64,000 nt of DNA from Vulcanimicrobiales bacterium (lineage in GTDB: Bacteria > Vulcanimicrobiota > Vulcanimicrobiia > Vulcanimicrobiales > Vulcanimicrobiaceae), in NCBI GenBank assembly GCA_038231455.1, contig JBBRLI010000004.1:96001-160000 (forward strand), in the 5' to 3' direction. A program made the position numbers and the translations under genes. The notes beneath the pieces were generated by a model. The model saw nothing but the letters and a program-made list of their open reading frames with translations, made no database searches and had not been told where the DNA came from. Below, one piece after another: positions 38,282 through 48,200 of the stretch (its first letter is position 1; every line of letters begins with the position of its first letter).

Positions 38282-39213
38282 ACGACGAGCCGCGAAACTC
38301 GATTTTGGTGGTCGATGACGATCGCAATCTGCGCTCGATCATCGCAAGCAATCTCGAGCTTGCCGGCTATTCGGCGCGCGAAGCCGCCGACGGCAGCGCG
38401 GCGCTCGCCTACATGGACGCCGAGGTCCCGGATCTCGTGCTGCTCGACGTGATGCTCCCGGTCATGGATGGCTATGAAGTCTGCCGGCGCATCCGCAAAC
38501 ACCCGACCTGCGCGCACATCCCGATCATCATGCTCACCGCGCGCGGCGAGACGGAGGATGCGGTGATGGGTTTCGAAGCGGGTGCCGATGACTACATTGT
38601 CAAGCCGTTCTCACCGCAAGAGATGCTCGCGCGCGTACGCGCGAAGATCCGGCGCGTGAACGTCGATAGCTCGCTGCAGCCGCTCACGCGCCTGCCCGGC
38701 AACGTTGCAATCGAAGCGGACGTGCAGCGCCGCTTCCGCGATCGCATCCCGTGGGCCGTCCTGTATCTCGATCTCGACAATTTCAAAGCGTTCAACGACG
38801 TCTACGGATTCGTACGCGGCGACGATGCGATCCGCTTGCTCGCAACGACGCTCTCCAATGCCGTGCGTCACTTAGGTGCGGAGGGCGACTTCGTCGGGCA
38901 CATCGGCGGCGATGATTTCATCGCCGTGACCAGCCCGACGCATGCTGAAAAAATCGCACAGGAAGTCATCGTGAATTTCGATCGCGACGTCAAAGAGTTG
39001 TACGCCTTCGAGGATTTACGGCGCGGCTACATCGAGACGCGCGACCGCCGCAACGTCTCGATGCGATACCCGATCATGTCTGTCTCGATCGCGATCGTAG
39101 CCGGCGGCGCCATCGACACCTACCAGCAGATCGGCGAAGTCGCCGCGGAGTTGAAGAAGCTTGCCAAACGCCAACCGGGATCGGTCTTCGTGACCGACAA
39201 ACGCCGCTCGTGA
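38278..39213 (+). CDS. Response regulator (REC) - GGDEF protein (GGDDF variant)
   Basis: ILVVDDD, LLDVMLP, YIVKPF; PLTRLPGN, YLDLDNFKAFNDVYG, GHIGGDDF; GTGA overlaps on both sides. Confidence 0.92.
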   Translation: MNDEPRNSILVVDDDRNLRSIIASNLELAGYSAREAADGSAALAYMDAEVPDLVLLDVMLPVMDGYEVCRRIRKHPTCAHIPIIMLTARGETEDAVMGFEAGADDYIVKPFSPQEMLARVRAKIRRVNVDSSLQPLTRLPGNVAIEADVQRRFRDRIPWAVLYLDLDNFKAFNDVYGFVRGDDAIRLLATTLSNAVRHLGAEGDFVGHIGGDDFIAVTSPTHAEKIAQEVIVNFDRDVKELYAFEDLRRGYIETRDRRNVSMRYPIMSVSIAIVAGGAIDTYQQIGEVAAELKKLAKRQPGSVFVTDKRRS

Positions 39214-40418
39214 TGCGCCGAACCATCGCAGCCGTCCTGACGCTCGCCGCGCTTGCCGGGCCGCTCTCGCCGGTGGCACGGGCCTCGGTCGACGAAAAGA
39301 TCAAGGCTCAGCAACGCAAGATTCACGATCTCCACGAACGTCTCAATGAAAAACGGGGCGAACTGGCGGGCGCCAAACGCAAAGTCCAGACACTCGCCGA
39401 ATACGTCGAGCAGACCAATCATTCGATCGCAATCGTCTCCGGCAACCTTTCCGTTTTGCGCTCGCAACAGCACACAAACGAAAAGAATCTCTCCTGGAAT
39501 AAAGTGCAACTCGGCGCGGCGCAAGCAACGCTCTCGCGTCATAGCGAAGCGCTCAAGCGGCGGTTGGTCGATGCCTACGAGCACGGCGACCTCGGCTATC
39601 TCGAAGTGATGCTCGAAGCAAAGTCGTTCGGCGATTTTGTCGAGCGATGGAACGCGATTCGCTACGTGATCAAATCCACCCAATCGACGATCCGGCAGCG
39701 CAAATCCGACGAGCACAAAGTGCGCCTGGTGCGCTCGAATCTCATGGTCGCCGAGCAACAGCTCGCGCGTTCTCAAGCCGCCGCCGAACAAGAACAGCGC
39801 GCGCTCGACGTACTCGCCGAGCAGCGGCGCGGACTGCTTGCGAGTGCCGAGACGCAAAAAGGCCAGATCGCAAAAGAAGTCGCCGACCTCGACGAAGTGA
39901 GCGCTGCACAGTCCGCGGCGCTCGGCGAACTCATCCGTCAGAAGCAAGCCGAGGAAGCGGCAAAGCGCGAAGCCGCGCGCCGCGCTGCACAGCTTGCGGG
40001 TCAAACGGTCGCGCCGATTGAGAACGCGCCCGGGATTCTCTCTTGGCCCGTCTCCGGCACCATCACCTCACCGTTCGGCATCCGCAATCATCCGGTGCTC
40101 GGCGTCATCCGGCCGCACGAAGGCATCGATATCGGCGCCAACACGGGCACGACGATCGCAGCGCCTGCCGGCGGGAAAGTCATTATCGCCGGCTGGTCGG
40201 ATGGCGGCTACGGCAACATGGTAACGATCGATCACGGCGGCGGCATGTCCACCGTCTACGGACATCTCAGTCAGATTTTCGTTTCGACAGACCAGAGCGT
40301 GCAAAAAGGCCAAGCGATCGGAGCGGTTGGTATGACGGGCCTTGCGAACGGTCCGCATCTCCACTTTGAAGTGCGTATCAACGGCAATCCAGTCGACCCG
40401 ATGGGCTACTTGCGCTAA
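39210..40418 (+). CDS. Coiled-coil M23 peptidase (EnvC-like murein hydrolase/activator)
   Basis: Signal peptide, long coiled coil, HEGID and GPHLHFEVR (Zn ligands intact). Confidence 0.92.
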   Translation: MMRRTIAAVLTLAALAGPLSPVARASVDEKIKAQQRKIHDLHERLNEKRGELAGAKRKVQTLAEYVEQTNHSIAIVSGNLSVLRSQQHTNEKNLSWNKVQLGAAQATLSRHSEALKRRLVDAYEHGDLGYLEVMLEAKSFGDFVERWNAIRYVIKSTQSTIRQRKSDEHKVRLVRSNLMVAEQQLARSQAAAEQEQRALDVLAEQRRGLLASAETQKGQIAKEVADLDEVSAAQSAALGELIRQKQAEEAAKREAARRAAQLAGQTVAPIENAPGILSWPVSGTITSPFGIRNHPVLGVIRPHEGIDIGANTGTTIAAPAGGKVIIAGWSDGGYGNMVTIDHGGGMSTVYGHLSQIFVSTDQSVQKGQAIGAVGMTGLANGPHLHFEVRINGNPVDPMGYLR

Positions 40419-40431
40419 GCCCCCGCTGAAG

Positions 40432-40464
40432 AAAAAAGAAGCCGCCGCGGATGCGACGGCTTCT
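40432..40464 (-). terminator. Rho-independent terminator
   Basis: AGAAGCCG...CGGCTTCT hairpin with a T-tract on the minus strand after the Phi_1-like gene. Confidence 0.75.
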
Positions 40465-40475
40465 CATCACTCGAG

Positions 40476-41453
40476 TTATTTCGAGAACTTACATCCGTGT
40501 GAGTAATTCGAATACTCGGATTGAATGTAGTAGCTCGTCCCGTTGAGTGAGACATTCCCGCGCGCTGATGCGCAGATGTCGCCGATCTCTCCGAGCGAGT
40601 TATTGTACCAAGCCACGTTTTGTGGAACATCCGGATCGGTAATCGCTTCGAACATTTCGTGCGAGAGTGTCGAGGCTGTCGAGTTCACGACGGTACTTGC
40701 CTGACAACCGTTGATTCCTTGATAGGGCTCGACGGAATAAATCACGTGGCCGATATCGCTAAAGTCCGTGTTACCGTGGTAGGCACAATATTGCTGCGCG
40801 TAACATCCGCCGGCATTTTGACTGCACTGCGAGACGCCTGCCTGGAGAAACACGTGATACATCTTGCCGTAACCGGTGCCGTATGACGCGGCGGCGGTGT
40901 GAATGAGATTGTAGATATCTTGATCTTGCAGCGTGCCGGACGTATCGTAATTCTCCGTGACGCTGCCATAGAACGGATAGCGGCTATTCGCGCTCGATCC
41001 GATGTACTGGTCGATAACATGCACGAAATTGCTGGCCGCTAAATTGCGCTCGAACACGGCAGGCGAGGTTCCGCCCCAGCAGCTATTGCCACAGTTGACG
41101 TAGATATTGATGTTCTGCGAACTCGTGAGCGTCGGACCACCGTAGAATGCAAGATCGTTCGGCGAAGTCGACTGAACGGATCGCAGCCCGAGGCCTTGCG
41201 GACGGCGTCCTTCGATCGGCGAGGCGTAGGCACTGGCCTGGGTAACGTGGGCCGAGGCGCTGCGGTCGACGGTCAACGTATCGATCGCGGTTTCGTCGGC
41301 GGAGAGCGGACGCACGGATGGCGCAACCGACGCGGCCACAGACGACTGCGCGGGCGCTACGGATGAACCGCCGCCCGCACACCCGACGGTCGCGAGCAGC
41401 CCGGCGGCACCCAAAGAAAACAGAACGGCTGAGAGCCGTTTGGAACTTGTCAT
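40476..41453 (-). CDS. Phosphate-induced protein 1 (Phi_1)/EXORDIUM-like lipoprotein
   Basis: Lipobox-like LATVGC; FYGGPTL, YCAYHG, SHEMFEAITDP, AWY..GEIGDIC. Confidence 0.7.
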   Translation of the reverse strand: MTSSKRLSAVLFSLGAAGLLATVGCAGGGSSVAPAQSSVAASVAPSVRPLSADETAIDTLTVDRSASAHVTQASAYASPIEGRRPQGLGLRSVQSTSPNDLAFYGGPTLTSSQNINIYVNCGNSCWGGTSPAVFERNLAASNFVHVIDQYIGSSANSRYPFYGSVTENYDTSGTLQDQDIYNLIHTAAASYGTGYGKMYHVFLQAGVSQCSQNAGGCYAQQYCAYHGNTDFSDIGHVIYSVEPYQGINGCQASTVVNSTASTLSHEMFEAITDPDVPQNVAWYNNSLGEIGDICASARGNVSLNGTSYYIQSEYSNYSHGCKFSK

Positions 41454-41797
41454 AAACACCCAATTACCCTTGTAAGAGATACGGAGCCGGGCTGGTCACA
41501 CCCGGTGCGGCAATTAATCTCCGCTTAATCTCGGGGTTCCTGCAGAAAAGTTCCCGTCGGATTGTCGGGTGTGATCGTGCGTCGGGCAAGGGACGAGTCG
41601 GTCACTTGCTCAGCAAATCCCCGGCGGCTTCTAATGTATGTCCAAAAACAATCCCGATCCGCTGGGCGTATCGTTGATACTGTACCAGCCGAGTTGGGAA
41701 CATTGGCGCTATCGCCACCAACGGACCCCGAGGTTGGGTTCATGGCAAAACAGAACGTCGCTGACCCCCGCTCGGCGGGATTCGCGCACACCCCGGA

Positions 41798-43207
41798 TTG
41801 GACGCATCGTTGCCAGCTCGCCTTCGCCTCCTCTTTGCTGCCGTCATCGTCTTGCTCGCCTCGCTCGGAGGCGCCGCCTATATCAGCCGAGCGTCGGCCG
41901 ACACGGCGCCTACGCTTGCCGGGAACGCAAGCGGCATCGACCTGCGTTCGCTCTCGCTTGCCGGGCGCGATACCAACCAGCAGATGCTCGACATGTCGTT
42001 CCAGCGCGTTGAAGACGTCTTCTACAAACCGGTCAACGCGCAGACCCTGCTCAGCGGTGAGCGCAAGGCGCTCATCGATTTCCTGAAGTCGCGCAAGGTG
42101 AAGAACCCAAGCGTCCCCGCAATGACGGCGACGGGCGATCAGATGCACGATCTCTCGGTCGCGCAGTCCACGGTCAAAGCCGTCGAAGCGCTCTATCCGA
42201 AATCGGCAACGAAAGCGGAATACACGCAGTACGCGATCGCCGGTATCATGAGTTCGCTCAACGATCCGTATACGACGTATCTAACGAAGCACGACATCAA
42301 CGGATTGCAAGAGCAGCTCAAAGGCGGCGACTTCGGCGGCATCGGCGTCTACATCCAGCAGGATCCGAAGACCAAGAACATCCTCGCGCAGCCGATCGAT
42401 GGAAATCCCGCGATAAAAGCGGGCGTGAAGATCGGCGATGTCATCGACCGTGTCGACGGTAAGGCCGTGCGCGGTATGAAGCTCGACTCCGTCGAGAGCA
42501 TCATCCGCGGCCCGATCGGCAGCGTCGTTTCGCTCGACGTGCATGGCATGACGAATAAGGCTCCGCGAACGGTGAAAGTCACGCGCGCGCAAGTTCACGT
42601 TCCGTCGATTCTTGCAAAGAACGAGAACGGGATCGAATACGTGCGCCTGGCTGACTTCGGTCAGAGCTCCGCCGAAGAAGTGAAGAACGCGCTGCTCGAG
42701 GGCAAGAAGCACAACGTCCACGGCTACATTCTCGATCTGCGGTACAACGGCGGCGGCCTTTTGGATGCCGCTGTTGACATCAGCTCGCTCTTTATCAAGA
42801 GCGGTACGATCGTCTCCACGATCGACCGCGCCGGCAACAAAGAATCCAAAGCCGCCACGGGCGATGCGATCGGGACGCTGCCGCTTGTGATTCTCGTCAA
42901 TCGCTACACGGCCAGCGCATCGGAGATCACCGCAGGCGCGGTGCAAGATTATCGCGTCGGCACGCTGGTCGGCGAGAAAACATTCGGGAAAGGCGTCGTA
43001 CAGAGTCTCTACAATTTGCCCGACGCATCCGCTCTGAAAATCACGACGGCGCGTTACGTCACGCCCCTCGGACGCGACATCCACCACAAAGGCATCGTGC
43101 CCGATGTCGTCGTTCCACAGCGCGTCGATATTCCGCTCATCGACGGCCCCGGTGACAAACAACTCGCCGCTGCAAAAGCGATCATCAATCGCAAAGGGAA
43201 ATCGTGA
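41798..43207 (+). CDS. S41A C-terminal processing protease (CtpA-like), copy 1
   Basis: DPYT, GIG PDZ, DLRYNGGG, TASASE, KTFGKG; start uncertain. Confidence 0.93.
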   Translation: MDASLPARLRLLFAAVIVLLASLGGAAYISRASADTAPTLAGNASGIDLRSLSLAGRDTNQQMLDMSFQRVEDVFYKPVNAQTLLSGERKALIDFLKSRKVKNPSVPAMTATGDQMHDLSVAQSTVKAVEALYPKSATKAEYTQYAIAGIMSSLNDPYTTYLTKHDINGLQEQLKGGDFGGIGVYIQQDPKTKNILAQPIDGNPAIKAGVKIGDVIDRVDGKAVRGMKLDSVESIIRGPIGSVVSLDVHGMTNKAPRTVKVTRAQVHVPSILAKNENGIEYVRLADFGQSSAEEVKNALLEGKKHNVHGYILDLRYNGGGLLDAAVDISSLFIKSGTIVSTIDRAGNKESKAATGDAIGTLPLVILVNRYTASASEITAGAVQDYRVGTLVGEKTFGKGVVQSLYNLPDASALKITTARYVTPLGRDIHHKGIVPDVVVPQRVDIPLIDGPGDKQLAAAKAIINRKGKS

Positions 43208-44583
43208 AACGCATCATTCCGCTCGCCATCATCCTGACGCTGCTCGCAACGACGACGCACGCGCCCGCTGCCGCCCCGATTCTCGGTCAATCCGAGCGTG
43301 AAGCGCTGGTTACGAGCTACGAACATCTCGTCGGTGACTTCTATAAGAAAGTCGACGGCGGCGCTGCCGTTACCGGCGCACACGATTCACTCATTGCGTT
43401 TTTGAAAAAAAAGGGCATCGCAAATCCGACGATCTCGCCGGTGAGCGTCGGCGCTGACGACAACGTCAACGAGCGCGAACTCCAGCGCGAAGTAGCAGCC
43501 GCGGTTACGACGTACGGTGCCAAATTCGGCGCCCGCGATTTGACGTACGCAGCGCTCGATGGCGTGCTCGGTTCGGTCAAAGACAAATACACAGTGTTCC
43601 TTACGCCCAAGCAATTTGCCGACCTCAACGAAGGACTCGACGGTGGCGCGAACTTCGGCGGCGTCGGCCTCGCCTATCACGCCGATTCGCCCGACGACAA
43701 AACGGTAACGGGCGTGAGCGGCGTGCACGTGGAGAATGTCATTCCCGACGGACCGGCCGATAAAGCCGGCGTGCTCACCGGCGATATCATCACTGCCGTT
43801 GACGGCCATCTCATCAAAGATCTCGATCACTCAAGCGCCGAGAAACTCTACGCGGCGATCACGAAACTCTTGCGCGGCGACGCGAACACCGCGGTCACAC
43901 TAAGCATCATTCGCGCCGACGGACCGATCGCACCGATCGTGGTCACCCGCGCGATGATCCATCCGCCAAGCGTGTACTCAAAGCTGCTGCCCAGCGGTAT
44001 CGGCTATGCGCAGCTCACCGTCTTCGGCCAAGCTACAGCAAACGAACTCACCACCGCCCTCACGCGCCTGCAAGCGCAGGGCGCAAAAGCCTACATCCTC
44101 GATCTGCGCAACAACGGCGGCGGATACCTCACGACGGCCGTCGACGTCAGCTCGAAGTTCGTTGCGAGCGGTCCGATCGTCTCGGTCGAATCGCGCGCGG
44201 GCAACAACACCGAATACGATGCGGAGAATACGGCCGTAAAACCGCTGCCGCTCGCCGTGCTCGTCAATCGCTATACCGCATCGGCTTCAGAGATCACCGC
44301 GGGCGCGATTCAGGATAGCGGTGTCGGAACGCTCATCGGCGAGAAGACCTACGGGAAAGGCGTCGTCCAAACGATCTTCCCGATGCGCGATGGCTCGGCG
44401 ATCAAGATCACAACGCAGCGCTACTTCACACCGCATGGCCGCGATATCAACGGCGTCGGTATTCAGCCGGACGTCGCCGCGGTGCAGAACAAAAACTACC
44501 GACTCGGCGATCCCACCGCTGACGACGTGCTCAAACAGGCTGTCGGCTTTCTCCAGGGGAAAATTACCGCACTCAGTCAGTAA
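43204..44583 (+). CDS. S41A C-terminal processing protease (CtpA-like), copy 2
   Basis: DLRNNGGG, TASASE, KTYGKG; GTGA overlap with copy 1. Confidence 0.93.
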   Translation: MKRIIPLAIILTLLATTTHAPAAAPILGQSEREALVTSYEHLVGDFYKKVDGGAAVTGAHDSLIAFLKKKGIANPTISPVSVGADDNVNERELQREVAAAVTTYGAKFGARDLTYAALDGVLGSVKDKYTVFLTPKQFADLNEGLDGGANFGGVGLAYHADSPDDKTVTGVSGVHVENVIPDGPADKAGVLTGDIITAVDGHLIKDLDHSSAEKLYAAITKLLRGDANTAVTLSIIRADGPIAPIVVTRAMIHPPSVYSKLLPSGIGYAQLTVFGQATANELTTALTRLQAQGAKAYILDLRNNGGGYLTTAVDVSSKFVASGPIVSVESRAGNNTEYDAENTAVKPLPLAVLVNRYTASASEITAGAIQDSGVGTLIGEKTYGKGVVQTIFPMRDGSAIKITTQRYFTPHGRDINGVGIQPDVAAVQNKNYRLGDPTADDVLKQAVGFLQGKITALSQ

Positions 44584-45244
44584 ACAGTTTGCGTTCGATT
44601 TGAGCGAATGAATCGAACGGGCGGAATGCTAGGCCGCGCTTGGCGAGATACGTCTCGAGAGCGCGGCCTTTTTTTGCAAAGCGAATGTCGGCGATCTCCG
44701 CGGCCGCATAGTCCGAGAGGCCATCGCCAATGAAGACGGTCCGTTCGCCGCGCGCTTTTGCTTCCCGGACGTGCACGGTCTTGTCGTGGCCGTGGTCGGT
44801 TGCATCGCGGAATGTCATAACCCAACCAGTCGGTTCGTAGCCAACATCGTTTGCGAGAATCTCGATCTCGGGAACACCTGCACGCGCGAGGTTGGCGCGC
44901 ATGAGCGAGCCGATCCCGGCGCTCAGAATCGTCGTGCTCGCGCCGTGTTCGCGCGCATGCTCGAGGAACGATGAAAACGTCGGATCGACGATTGCGGCGA
45001 CCGCAAGATACGCAAGTGCGTCGGCTTGCGATCCGGTAAGTGCGAGTGCCTGGCGGCGTAAGGCCTCGCGGAGGGTGATCTCGCCGCGCACGAGCGCACC
45101 GTCGAGTTCGTGCCAGAGCGCTTCACCCGCCGCGTGACGCACGAGCACATCGAAGGTGTCAACATTCGTGATCGTGCCGTCGTAGTCGATGAAAATGGAA
45201 AGCGCGCCCGTTTGGGGCGCGCTTTCGGCTTGATGGAGATCCAC
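44573..45244 (-). CDS. MtnX-like HAD-IB phosphatase
   Basis: DYDGTIT, LSAG, DK, IGDGLSD. Confidence 0.85.
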   Translation of the reverse strand: MDLHQAESAPQTGALSIFIDYDGTITNVDTFDVLVRHAAGEALWHELDGALVRGEITLREALRRQALALTGSQADALAYLAVAAIVDPTFSSFLEHAREHGASTTILSAGIGSLMRANLARAGVPEIEILANDVGYEPTGWVMTFRDATDHGHDKTVHVREAKARGERTVFIGDGLSDYAAAEIADIRFAKKGRALETYLAKRGLAFRPFDSFAQIERKLFTD

Positions 45245-45251
45245 GCGTGTC

Positions 45252-48200
45252 CTAGGACTTTTTGCGCGCGGTTTTTTTCTTAGCGGTATCGCTTGCCGCG
45301 CGCTTGGAGGTGGACAACGCGCCGGCCGCCTTCTTCGCGGGAGCTTTCGTGGCCGTTGCTTTTGGCGCGGGTGTTTTTACCGCCGTTGCTTTCGCAGCGG
45401 TCGCTTTGCGCGCCGGTGCTTTCTTCGCGACCGCGGGTTCGGTTGCGGCTTTCTTCGCAGCGGCGACACGCTTGGGGGCGGCCGCAGCGGCTTTTCGAAC
45501 GGAAGCAGCCCGCGCCGTCGGCGCATCGGCGTCTGCGCTTGCCGCTTTGCGCGTACGCTTCGGTGCTTCGGCAGCGGGAGCGGGAAGCGCGGCGAGCGTT
45601 TTCGATGCTATCGCCGGAGCCGGACCGCGCGTTGCAACTCCGGTAGCACGCCTACGAGCCGGAGTCGTCACTTTGAGGTCATCGGCGGGAGCCGGGATGA
45701 TGCGTTTGGGCGCATCGAGTGCAACGGCACCGCGACGGCTATCGATGCGAGCGATCGCACGCGAGGGTTCCTTTGGAGCAACGTCACCCGTGGGGTGCGC
45801 TGCGCCATCGGCGCCGACGCGGAAGATCTGACGATCCGGCGAGACCGGAGCGCCGTTTTGAGCCGCGACATCGGCGCCACCACGTCCGCGACGACGACGA
45901 CGGCGACGTTTGCGACGCACGTCTCCATCGGCGGCGACGCCGGTGAGACCCTGGACTTCGGCCTGATCGCCATCATCTTCGTCTTCGGTGTCCGCGTCAT
46001 CATCGAGCACGGCCCCATTGTTCAGCGCCGGGTTCGCGCCAACCGCCGCATCGGCACCGACACCACCGCGTCCGCGGCGACGACGGCGACGGCGCTTCCG
46101 GCCGGGCGCGCCGTCCTCGCCTTCGGCAGCGGGAACAGCGTTCGCAGCCGCCGGTTGCGGGCGCGGGGCGGGCGCGGGACGTTCGGTTTGATAGCCGCGC
46201 TCGGCAGCAGCCGCTGCAAAGTCCACGACTTTGGCGGAGACGAGATTGCCCGAAAGCGTCTCGCCGGGAAGTTTGGCGACTTTGTCGCCGGAGAGCGACT
46301 CGCCCGGGAACACCGTGCGCAGCCCGGAGCCCGCTGACGCAGCCGGAGCCGCGGGGCGAGGAGCAAACGGAACGGGCGCCGCGGGTGTCTCGGCACTGCG
46401 CTCGGCGCGGTCGCGACCCGGACGGTCCGTGCGATCGCGGCGTCCGCCACGCTCGCGCGGCGCCGGTGCGCCATCGTCCTCGCCTGCCGCGGCGCGCGCC
46501 GCCGCGGCAGCGGCCGCGGCAATCGCGATTTGCGCTTCATCGGCGAGTTTGTTTGCATCTTCGGCATCGGCCTCGGCTTGCGTCGAGATGCCGATTGCCG
46601 TACGCACTTCGAGGCCGCGCGCCGCTTCTTCGGCCAGTTCGCGCAGCTCTTCGGCTTGCTCGGCAGCCGTGAGTTCTTTCTTGCGTCCGCGTCCGCCGCG
46701 ACGACGACGTTTCTTCGCCGCCCCATCGGCACTTGCAGCAGCGGGAACGCCCACGCCGCCCGAACGCGGTTCGGCCAGAATATCGTCGCCATCGACGTCG
46801 ATCACTTTGATTTTGATCGTGTGGCCCGCGATGTTTGCCGAATTTTCCACTTCGACGAGGCGGCCGTTGACAACCGCAACCGCTGAAGTTGCGTTGGGCA
46901 TGCGCGTATTGAGGAGTTCGACTTCGAACTCATCGCCCACGCGAACGGCGGCAGCTTCTGTTTTCTCGGCTCCGCGCACCAGCACCGGTTTCTCCGGATG
47001 GATCGCGGGGTCGACGCGCACGTCGATCGTCGTGCCGATTTGCTCGGCGAGTTTTTGAAGTTCGGTCTCGTACCAGTATTCGACTTGCGCACCGACGATC
47101 GGGGCGGCGTGAATGTGCACGGGTTCGTTCTTGCCGTTCGATTCGAAGGCGATCTTCCGGAAGGTCGAGATCGTCACCGATTCCGGTGACATGACGGTTC
47201 CGATACCGCTGCACGTCGGGCACGCGCCGCGGAGCTGGCCCGCAAGATCCTTGCCGACGCGCTTACGCGTGAACTCGAGGAGTCCGAGCGGTGAGAACGA
47301 CTGAATCGTCGTTCGTGTACGGTCTTTTTTGAGGCCCTGTTCGAGGGTCGCGATAACTTTCGTGCGCGCCGACTCCGAGTTCATGTCGATGAAATCGCAG
47401 ACGATGATGCCGCCGATGTCGCGCAGGCGCACTTGGCGCGCGATCTCTGCAGCCGCTTCTACGTTGGTTTTTACGATCGTATCTTCGAGATTCTTGCCGC
47501 CGGTGAATTTACCGGAGTTCACGTCGATGACGGTGAGGGCTTCGGTCGTTTCGATGACGATCGAACCACCCGATGGCAAATTCACTTTGGGGCGCAGCAG
47601 CTTTGCCATCTCGTCGTCGATTTTGTAATCGCCGTAGAGTTTGCGGCCGCCGGGATAGGCCTGAATGCGATCGACGTACTGCGGTCCGAGCAGACGCATG
47701 AAGTCCTTCACGCGCTCGGCTTCTTCCGGATCGTCGATGAACACGTTCTCGACTTCGGGCGTGATGAAATCGCGCGCCGCTTTGAAAACGAGATTCATGT
47801 CTTTGTGGAGGAGCGCGGGCGAAGCCGAGCGCTTGTAATTCTCAAGGATGCCGTGCCACATGCGAATGAGCACGCCAAGGTCGGCGATGAGCTCGGCCTG
47901 GCTAACACCGGCCGCCGCCGTGCGCACGACCGTTGCCATGCCTTCGGGGCGAATCACTTTGAGCAGCTGCTTGAGACGGTTACGTTCGTCGGCCGACTCG
48001 ATCTTGCGCGAGACGCCCGAGTACTTGCCCGTCGGCATCAAGATGAGGTAGCGGCCCAGCAGCGAGATGTTCGTCGAGATGCGGGCGCCTTTAAGGCCGC
48101 GCGGCTCCTTGACGATCTGCACGAGGACATCGTCCCCGCGGCTGACTTTTTCGTTGATCGCCCAGCCGGTGCGGCCTTGGGTGATCTCGACGTCGCCGAT

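Noticed and set aside
41460-41797. Long intergenic region as a riboswitch or ncRNA
   Set aside because: I could not match any riboswitch consensus by eye; it is likely divergent promoters. An Infernal/Rfam scan would settle it.
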